DNA of 63,134 nucleotides from Ignavibacteria bacterium (GTDB lineage Bacteria; Bacteroidota; Ignavibacteria; Palsa-1295): NCBI GenBank assembly GCA_013287605.1, contig JABDDM010000005.1:1-63134 (forward strand), written 5' to 3'. A program made the translations under genes and the position numbers. How positions within the stretch are numbered: position 1 is the stretch's first letter; each line of letters begins with the position of its first letter. Under the pieces are notes generated by a model, which ran no database searches, was not told where the DNA came from, and saw only the letters and a program-made list of their open reading frames with translations. Shown in pieces: positions 10,598 through 17,654 of the stretch.

Positions 10598-11929
10598 TTA
10601 CGAAAAATGTTTTGACAGAAGCTCTGCCGCCCCAAAGCCATTACGCACAGCTCCCTCGATTGTTGCGGGCAGCATGTTCTGCACGAAGTCACCTGCAAGA
10701 TATAGGCCACTAATGGCGGTCGTTGCAATAGGTCTGCTCGACTGAGCCTCGGGCGTAAGCAACGGCGTGGCCCGTTTCTCGCGAATAATTTGGTAATGCA
10801 CGAGCTTTGCTCGATCGCCGGGCGGGACTGGTAAACCACGAGTAAGTTCGAGCCAGAGCTGCTGCGCGATCTGAGCATTATCAAGTCCACCTAACTCGTC
10901 GGCCGCACTCACGGCGAGTGCAATTCGCTCTGCGGCGGAGTTACTCGGTTTTGAGAAAGCCCATTGCAGCGTGCCGCCTACGAAGGCATGAATCGGCGCA
11001 CGCAACAGGGGTCGATCAAGCCAGAAATATGCGTTTATGATGGGGCTATGAGCAATTGGGTGGAGTTTCACTGATGATGGTAGCTCGATATTTTCCGTTG
11101 GGGATGCGAGAATTACGCCGTCAAAGCTCTGTTCGGAATCATCGGCGAACGACAGCTTAATACCGTCATTCTGTGCGCTTACTTGTCGCACCGGACATTT
11201 GAGCTTCACTTCGACACTGCTGGAAACCAAGAGTACGATCGCCGGATCAATCAGCAATTCGCTGAGCCCAACTTCTGGAAAAAGGAAGGTGGAATCCGAT
11301 CGTTTACCGAGCAGTGCAAGCTTGAGCACAGAGAGCAGCGGAATGGCACTCGCCACATCCATTCGAGCATTGATCGTTGCAAGGATCAGTGGCTCCCAAA
11401 GTTTTCGTACGAGACCTTCAGGCTGGTTGTGTTGCCGAAAAAGCTCAGCGCATGTAAGAGATTTAATCTTTGGGTCATCGAGCAACGACGAGACCTTAAG
11501 ACTCAGGCTGATCGCAGCTCGCTTTTCATCGACAGAAAGTAAGTCCGTGCGAAGCAATCCAAAAAGAGCATGGAACGGGGAGGGCAATAAACCATTAGTT
11601 CGGAATCGAGCTTGGCGAGAGTATCCGGTGAATGGATTGAATAGCGAGTAGGGGATATCGAGAGGACGTTCACGCGCAAGATGATCGGTGCCGATCATGC
11701 GCATATATTCGCGCGTTGCTGAATAACAACCCATCATGAGATGCTGGCCGTTATCTAACACATCGCCAGTCGTTTCATCGACATACGATCGCGTTCTTCC
11801 ACCAGTAATATGGCGCGCCTCGAATAGGGTGATTGCAAACTGCGGGCTGTTTGCAGAAGTAGCAAGTCGAAGTGCGGCAGCCAGGCCGCTTGTGCCCGAG
11901 CCAATGATCGCGATGCGGTGTTTCGTCAT
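10598..11929 (-). CDS. FAD-dependent amine-oxidase-fold oxidoreductase (HpnE / phytoene-desaturase-like)
   Basis: It has the Rossmann motif 'RIAIIGSGTSGLAAALRLA' and the C-terminal 'LAGDFVQNMLPATIEGAVRNG' signature. The start is taken at MTKHRIAIIG (11929) rather than the longer ORF-track start. Confidence 0.75.
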   Translation of the reverse strand: MTKHRIAIIGSGTSGLAAALRLATSANSPQFAITLFEARHITGGRTRSYVDETTGDVLDNGQHLMMGCYSATREYMRMIGTDHLARERPLDIPYSLFNPFTGYSRQARFRTNGLLPSPFHALFGLLRTDLLSVDEKRAAISLSLKVSSLLDDPKIKSLTCAELFRQHNQPEGLVRKLWEPLILATINARMDVASAIPLLSVLKLALLGKRSDSTFLFPEVGLSELLIDPAIVLLVSSSVEVKLKCPVRQVSAQNDGIKLSFADDSEQSFDGVILASPTENIELPSSVKLHPIAHSPIINAYFWLDRPLLRAPIHAFVGGTLQWAFSKPSNSAAERIALAVSAADELGGLDNAQIAQQLWLELTRGLPVPPGDRAKLVHYQIIREKRATPLLTPEAQSSRPIATTAISGLYLAGDFVQNMLPATIEGAVRNGFGAAELLSKHFS

Positions 11930-11961
11930 GCAGTAGTTTTGAGACTCGAACCCAACATCTG

Positions 11962-12354
11962 ATGGCCTCAAATCGGCACAAACTCACAGAAGGAATTCTT
12001 CGGGACCTTGATAAGAAACCCAGGAAAACCCAGAAGCCAAATTTCTACGAAAAGGTATACGAGCTCGTCATGCAGATCCCCTATGGAAAGGTCACAACCT
12101 ATGGCGCCATCGCAGAGACGATTGGTATGAAAGGATCATCCCGAATGGTAGGCCAGGCGCTCGGAGCACTGCCCGACGAATCCGATGTCCCAGCACATCG
12201 CGTAATCAATCATTTCGGAGCCCTCTCCGGCGCACACAAATTCGGCGGCTACGATCAAATGCGAGCGCTTCTGAGGAAAGAAGGTGTCACCTTCAAGGCA
12301 GAGTTGGTGAATATGGAGAAGCATTTTTGGCAGCCGCAGAAACATGGACGATGA
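11962..12354 (+). CDS. alkyltransferase-like (ATL) protein of the MGMT DNA-binding-domain family; active-site Cys replaced by Ala
   Basis: 130 aa. 'FYEKVYELVMQIPYGKVTTYGAIAETIGMKGSSRMVGQALGALPDESDVPAHRVINHFGALSG' carries PAHRV in place of the PCHR motif. Confidence 0.8.
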   Translation: MASNRHKLTEGILRDLDKKPRKTQKPNFYEKVYELVMQIPYGKVTTYGAIAETIGMKGSSRMVGQALGALPDESDVPAHRVINHFGALSGAHKFGGYDQMRALLRKEGVTFKAELVNMEKHFWQPQKHGR

Positions 12355-12574
12355 AGCTAGAAGAAAGAGTGGCCTAAACCAGGAGGTAACGCCTTAAAGT
12401 GTGTCTGCACGATGTACAGCGATTCTATCGGGACATCAACTCCATATTCGGGAAAACAATACGTCGAACTTTATTCGACTGCTGAGCCGAAGGAGGGATA
12501 GGCAGTTTGGAAACATCATTGCAATACCTTTACGACAAATACCACTGACTTTTAAATTTGTGGAAATGCGAGCA

Positions 12575-13795
12575 TCATTTACTCAGAATCATCTTCATCT
12601 CCCAACGCCCGCTACCCGCGATAAGCAGCGCAGTATAGATTCCGCTTGACAGATTGTTCGCATCAAACTTCACGCTGTGTGAACCTACATCCATCGCACC
12701 ACTGACAAGTGTTTGAATTTTCCGTCCAAGCATATCGAAGATATCGAGCTGGACTGTGCAACGCTCAGCGAGAACAAAGCTGATCTCAGTTGATGGATTG
12801 AATGGATTGGGATAATTCTGATCCAGCCTGAAGGTTACCGGCAGTAAACTTGTTGAGACACTAGCCGGAATCATTTCTGAGAGAGGGCGCCGCCAGACAC
12901 CGGTGACATCACCATAGAACGTCCCCGCAAAGAGGTTCGAACCCATTACAGCAATGTAACAAATATCCAAATCTGTCAGACCTGAATTAACGGATGCCCA
13001 GCTCATGCCATAATCGGTGCTAAGGAATATGCCGCTGAAAGTCCCCGCAAACAGATTTGTACCGCTCACCGATAGAGTATTAATTGAACTGGCAGTCAAA
13101 CCGTTATTGATCGGAGCCCAACTTTCTCCATTATCAGTGGACCGAAAAGCGCCTCCGGCAGTACCAGCGAACAAGTCCGTACTGTTCGCAGCGAGAGAAA
13201 AGACCTCTGTATTGTCTAAGCCGTTAATCACACGCGACCAGTGTCTTCCGTCATCACTCGAGCGAAAAATACTATCACCCCCGGCGAAGACATAGGGGCC
13301 AACAAAGGCTATGGCATTAACATAGTGAGATCCTAAACCCGTATTGACCGTCTTCCATGCTGTGCCGTTGTTCGTTGAGAGGTATACCCCGCCGCCGCCT
13401 GTTCCGGCAAATAGATTCGCACCGTTCGATGCGATCGTCCTAATTTCAGCAAACGTACCTGCATTGAGATTTATCCAATTCTTGCCATTATTAGTCGAGC
13501 GAAAGATAGCCCCAGCGAAGAAAGTACCGGCAAAAAGATTCTGGCCCGCAGCCGTGAGTGCAGTGACATGGGTATCGGTCAACCCGGAGTCGACCGCAGT
13601 CCAAGTCAAACCGCCATCAGTCGATGCAACAACACCTCCACCGGCAGTCCCAGCAAAGAGGTTTGTACCGTTCATTGCGAAAGAGTTCACCGTCGAGCCG
13701 TCGGCGCCGGAAGTTTGAACCCACTGTGTGCTAGCGCACCTTGGCGTGATAAAAAGTGCAGTTATCGAGAGTATAAAGTAGCTAATGGGTTTCAT
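12575..13795 (-). CDS. T9SS-sorted beta-propeller protein (Ycf48/BNR-like blades)
   Basis: It has a signal peptide, then about 7 repeats of '..NLFAGT..GG.f.StdnG.sW..vnsGL' (about 40 aa each), then a type-A T9SS sorting domain ('DQNYPNPFNPSTEISF...SSGIYTALLIAGSGRWEMKMILSK'). Confidence 0.85.
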   Translation of the reverse strand: MKPISYFILSITALFITPRCASTQWVQTSGADGSTVNSFAMNGTNLFAGTAGGGVVASTDGGLTWTAVDSGLTDTHVTALTAAGQNLFAGTFFAGAIFRSTNNGKNWINLNAGTFAEIRTIASNGANLFAGTGGGGVYLSTNNGTAWKTVNTGLGSHYVNAIAFVGPYVFAGGDSIFRSSDDGRHWSRVINGLDNTEVFSLAANSTDLFAGTAGGAFRSTDNGESWAPINNGLTASSINTLSVSGTNLFAGTFSGIFLSTDYGMSWASVNSGLTDLDICYIAVMGSNLFAGTFYGDVTGVWRRPLSEMIPASVSTSLLPVTFRLDQNYPNPFNPSTEISFVLAERCTVQLDIFDMLGRKIQTLVSGAMDVGSHSVKFDANNLSSGIYTALLIAGSGRWEMKMILSK

Positions 13796-13818
13796 GGCCT
13801 AAAGTTGAGCAAAAGTCT

Positions 13819-13899
13819 TTATTTGCTAAGGATCATCTTCATCTCACGACATAAGCGTGCGCTACTCTTGATGTTCCTGATGTGTTCGCCTATACAAAC
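13819..13899 (-). pseudogene. relic 3' stub of a paralogous T9SS-sorting-domain gene
   Basis: The minus-strand translation ends '...NIKSSARLCREMKMILSK*', against '...GSGRWEMKMILSK*' in the intact gene just downstream. 13821-13850 is about 85% identical in nucleotides to 12575-12604. An in-frame stop lies only 26 codons upstream. Confidence 0.6.
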
Positions 13900-13946
13900 T
13901 TAACCAAGAAAGTGTCTACGAATTTAGAGCAAGGTCAAGGTTTTTC

Positions 13947-14267
13947 CTATCTGTACTCCTTTAACACCGTGCGTATAGGATCCTGATTTGCCAAAAAACG
14001 GTATACGCCAGCTATAATGAGTAATTCAGGATCAATGTAATAAACAATCAAATCCTTGGGGATCGGAGGGAGTTGAGGGTCGCGATCGATGACGTCAGCT
14101 CTGAGGGAAAATGGAACGACATTGTGAAGTGCGCCAAGGTATCTAAGGGTATCTTCCGGAAGCCGATGGATTGTTTGAACCACCGTACCGCCAGTTGCGC
14201 TGCCAAAGCGTAGAGTATCAGTCGTCGAATCAGTGCCATTGCGGCACGACTTATGAGATAGACGCAA
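13947..14267 (-). pseudogene. possible frameshifted RelE/ParE-family toxin relic, with no antitoxin gene
   Basis: The C-terminal part of the 106-aa frame ('PKDLIVYYIDPELLIIAGVYRF') resembles the ParE beta-sheet end. A +1 frame over 14150-14300 reads 'VYLISRAAMALIRRLILYALAAQLAVRWFKQSI', which resembles a ParE N-terminal helical hairpin. This is pattern-level similarity only. Confidence 0.3.
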
Positions 14268-14378
14268 TTGAGAGTTGATTCTCGGAGCCTCTTATTTGCA
14301 ATTCTCGAACCGAGTCTTTCTACTACCCAAATTGTTGTCGTTTTCTGATTGCCTTATGTTAACCGCCAACACGCCGCA

Positions 14379-14840
14379 ATGAGAATTATCATCTTCTGCC
14401 TGTTCTTTCTCTGTCTTTTGTCTAGTGCTAAAGCTCAGACGATCGATAGCCTCATTGTCAAGCTAAGAAATGGAACGGAGGTGGCTATCGCGCTGTCGAA
14501 TATTGAGAACATCACATTTGACTCTGTAACTTCCGCCGTCAGGGAGTTTCCTCTCCTTCCAAATAGAGTCACTATTGTACGCAACTTTCCAAATCCTGCC
14601 ATAGCGGCAACAAAAATCGAGTTCGATGTGTCGACTCCCTGCCCAGTCGAGGTGGAAATCTATAACATTCATGGCGACAATATTCGCCGATTGCACAAAT
14701 CAAACTGTGAAGTAGGACCGAATTCTCTGAACTGGGATGGCCTCGACGGGGTCGGGACTAATGTTCCCAGTGGAACGTACTTCTATCGATTATCTCTTGG
14801 CAGCGACACACGTGCCGGCAAACTTATCATTTCGAGGTAG
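14379..14840 (+). CDS. small secreted protein with a T9SS/FlgD-Ig-like C-terminal domain
   Basis: It has the signal peptide MRIIIFCLFFLCLLSSAKAQ and the sorting-domain-like region 'RNFPNPAIAATKIEFDV...VEIYNIHGDNIRRL...VPSGTYFYRLSLGSDTRAGKLIISR'. The start is placed at the ATG at 14379. Confidence 0.75.
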   Translation: MRIIIFCLFFLCLLSSAKAQTIDSLIVKLRNGTEVAIALSNIENITFDSVTSAVREFPLLPNRVTIVRNFPNPAIAATKIEFDVSTPCPVEVEIYNIHGDNIRRLHKSNCEVGPNSLNWDGLDGVGTNVPSGTYFYRLSLGSDTRAGKLIISR

Positions 14841-14845
14841 CGATT

Positions 14846-16159
14846 GTGAGGACCTTAATACTTATACTTATCGCCTCGCTTGCAGCAGGAAAGTTATATG
14901 CGCAAGATGTGAAGATGCACATCCACTTAAAAGATGGACGTATTGAGACATTCAGCGTCGACAGCGTCAGCTCGCTAAGTTTTACGCCAATCGCTCCCCC
15001 AGTTTACTCCATAATGCATGTTTATCGGTTCTCAACGTATCTCGCAGGAGGAGATAAAGAATGGCGCACTGACCGCATAAGCAACTTGCATTTCTCGCGA
15101 GACGCAGCAGGTATTGAGGTGTTGGTTATTTCCCCACGCGATACTTTCCGTCTCGTAGGACCCCGGATCGATCCTCTTGGCTTTGGCAATCCATTAGATA
15201 GCATCCATTTCCCACAATTCTCCAAGAATCCGAATACTGTAGCGCTGCCTCGAAAGTTCAAGGATCCTGACCTTTCCGACAGCACGGCTGGAGACTATCA
15301 GAGTTCAGTCTGGTACGCAAATAGGGTTTATGCTTCGGGTCCCGTTGGATACTTCAAACTAGATAGCTCATTCTCATCAGCAGGTGATTCAACCTTTCAA
15401 CCACTCGCAAACTCGCTTGATCTGGCTATTAATGGGAGGGGAGACAGGCTCCTCATAGTGAGTTCCATCTTCCCGGATAGATCAGTCGGAGCCTTGATGG
15501 AGCGCAACCTGCAGTCTGGAGTAATGGAGGTGATTGATTCTACAGACAAGATATCTAGTGCTGTGTATGTTCCGGGGACGAATAATTTGATCTATTACTC
15601 ATACGGTAGTTCCACAGATACAAACGGACCTGGTTACTACTTTTTGAACCGCTCCAACGGTCAGAAAACAAGTCTGTTATATCACCTTTCGGACCTGGGG
15701 CCCGGTGAGACGATCAATGGGTTTGACATAAGTCCCGATGGCGGCAAATTGCTTGTTCCGTCTGTTAGTGGGAGCCGAATGCCGATTGTCTTTGAGTATG
15801 ACCTAATGACCCACATTTCAGATACCCTGAAAGTGAGCTTCGATACGTCGAAAGAACTAAACCTTCTATGGCTTCGCTACAATCACGTCGGATCTCAGAT
15901 TCTTTATGGTAATTACTCTGGCGGTATGTTCGCTGGAGGCTCTGCGTCTGTGCCTTCAGAAATCGGCTTAATCAAGAGATCCACACTTTCCAGGCACGTT
16001 CTCAATACTAATCCCGATAATCACCTTGTATGGGTTTCCGTGCTTCCGCAGTGGTCACCGGATGACAAGATGATCGTCTTCGGCAGCGGGTATATTTCAC
16101 CCGAACCCAGAGGGTTCATTCCGTTTTATCAATTGTATATTTTGACTAACTTTAACTAG
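14846..16159 (+). CDS. secreted TolB-like (PD40/WD40-like) beta-propeller protein
   Basis: It has the signal peptide MRTLILILIASLAAGKLYAQ and PD40-type motifs ('DISPDGGKLLVPS', 'PQWSPDDKMIVFGS'). It starts 6 nt after the previous gene and has no T9SS sorting domain. Confidence 0.7.
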   Translation: MRTLILILIASLAAGKLYAQDVKMHIHLKDGRIETFSVDSVSSLSFTPIAPPVYSIMHVYRFSTYLAGGDKEWRTDRISNLHFSRDAAGIEVLVISPRDTFRLVGPRIDPLGFGNPLDSIHFPQFSKNPNTVALPRKFKDPDLSDSTAGDYQSSVWYANRVYASGPVGYFKLDSSFSSAGDSTFQPLANSLDLAINGRGDRLLIVSSIFPDRSVGALMERNLQSGVMEVIDSTDKISSAVYVPGTNNLIYYSYGSSTDTNGPGYYFLNRSNGQKTSLLYHLSDLGPGETINGFDISPDGGKLLVPSVSGSRMPIVFEYDLMTHISDTLKVSFDTSKELNLLWLRYNHVGSQILYGNYSGGMFAGGSASVPSEIGLIKRSTLSRHVLNTNPDNHLVWVSVLPQWSPDDKMIVFGSGYISPEPRGFIPFYQLYILTNFN

Positions 16160-16664
16160 ATATTGGCGAGCGCAGCAGGCTTGGGCTTGAAGTTGGGTTA
16201 TCGCTACGTGATCGCTCGAATCGAGGAGTAAACCCAGGAGGTTCTCGGCGTGCTTGGGGAGTGGTTCTTCATCGATTATGTAACGCAAGCGGCTCCGATC
16301 AAGTGATTCAACTTGATGATTCAGGTCTGACCGAGTGGTCCAATCTGCTTCGTTCCTCCGTTAGCCAATCGACCATCACAACCAGGAAACCTATTCTTGG
16401 TAGGAATTGATTTAGGCAGATCGGGAACCATTATGCAGCAATTGTATGTTTCTTATATTGGCGAATCAAGACGATCATCCTTGACCGTCCTCCGCGAGAT
16501 GCATATAACCCTTTGGACACGGAAACCCCATTCTTACGCAACCCTCCATTTTTTGAACGCGAGCTAGAGCTCATCCACATAGAGTCTGGCATTTCTACAC
16601 CCGACAAGGCATGGGCTGAACGCGCTAACTGACTGGGCCCTGAAGCTCGGACATTGCCAGATAG

Positions 16665-16830
16665 CTTTCTGTGCGAAGGAGAATTATGAATAAAGTTTTC
16701 ACACACGCTAGCTTGGAAATTATAAAATGTCGATTCCAGCTTAGAATCGAGTGGTGGAGCTGTGGATTATGAATAAAGTTTTCACCACACACTGGAGAAG
16801 TGGTCGGTGATCAGTGGTCTGCGGTTGGTG
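16665..16830 (+). repeat. full-length copy of the dispersed intergenic repeat (box a, hairpin, box b, GTGGTC tail)
   Basis: Box a is 'gagaattatgaataaagttttcacacacgctag' (16678-16710). The hairpin is tcgattc/cagctta/gaatcga (16730-16750). Box b is 'ggattatgaataaagttttcaccacacac' (16764-16792). The tail 'gaagtggtcggtgatcagtggtctgcggttggtg' is shared with 1160-1190. Confidence 0.8.
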
Positions 16831-16849
16831 AGGGGACTAGGAAAAACAG

Positions 16850-17354
16850 CTACTTTTTGACTGTTGAAGGAAGGCGGGCTCTGAAGAGTTTTATGGCGTG
16901 ATCTTCGTCACGGGCTGTGACTGCGCCGCTCACGGCAACGTTTGCGGAAGGGTGGACCGCGTTAACTTCGAATGAATACATCTCGCTATCGGCTACCTTG
17001 GAGCCCTTTTCTGTATTAATTACCCAGCCGTCATCATCCATAAGACCATATTTTCCACGAGTTACCACCAGAGCCCTGCCGAGTGCGATGAGATGTCCAG
17101 CTCATCGTAGACTGGTTAGGATAGTGCGCGCTGAACTCCTCAAGCAGACGGTCGCGGGCAACTGCCCTATCTTCCTCATTATCGGTCGAGGAGTAGCATG
17201 TAAAGTCCAAGTCCGCTCCAATAATGTCTGATCTAAATCCATACGCATCCTGAACAGGGATGAAATTGATTGTAGCGACTGGGACACCCGTGTCCAGTAC
17301 AAGCCACCTGTTCCTGGCATACGGTTGCAGGGATAGGCCCTCTTTCATCCTCAT
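16850..17354 (-). pseudogene. hypothetical gene of about 165 aa split by a frameshift near 17070-17090
   Basis: The ORFs 17034..17477 and 16850..17068 overlap in different frames. The second frame stays open upstream of its GTG ('AGHLIALGRALVVTRGKYGLMDDDGWVI...'), so one indel would join them. No family was recognised. Confidence 0.35.
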
Positions 17355-17654
17355 GACATCAACCCTCCGAAATGTGAGACTAACTCTCCGACAGACTATT
17401 GCTCTTGGTGAGAACGACAAAGATACAACTCGACTCCGCAAATCCCTATACCGTTTCCTTGGTAGTCCACGTGTCAACTGCTATCGGCAGAGAAGGGCGG
17501 ACAGGCGAGAATTCCAAGATTCCCCCTATTCCCCGTTCCCTGACTAGAGTTTCCTGCCAAGAACGTGGACTGATTTTCGCTCAGAGTTGTTTACAGGCGC
17601 GAACAGAAAATCCCATCGGCGGGGCGAGAATGTGCCGAAACACTTTCATCTTAT

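Noticed and set aside
16431-16706. A 91-aa minus-strand ORF.
   Set aside because: It runs into the dispersed repeat element, has an Arg/Ser/Gly-rich composition, and has no homology pattern.
16686-16806. Mini-ORFs starting at the SD-like 'AAGGAGAATTATG' boxes of the repeat (MNKVFTHASLEIIKCRFQLRIEWWSCGL, MNKVFTTHWRSGR). Their counterparts are at 1135 and 55336-55463.
   Set aside because: The copies differ by indels that shift the frame, and the peptides diverge completely after 6-7 residues. Conservation is at the nucleotide level, not the protein level. A leader-peptide or RiPP-precursor interpretation is therefore not supported.
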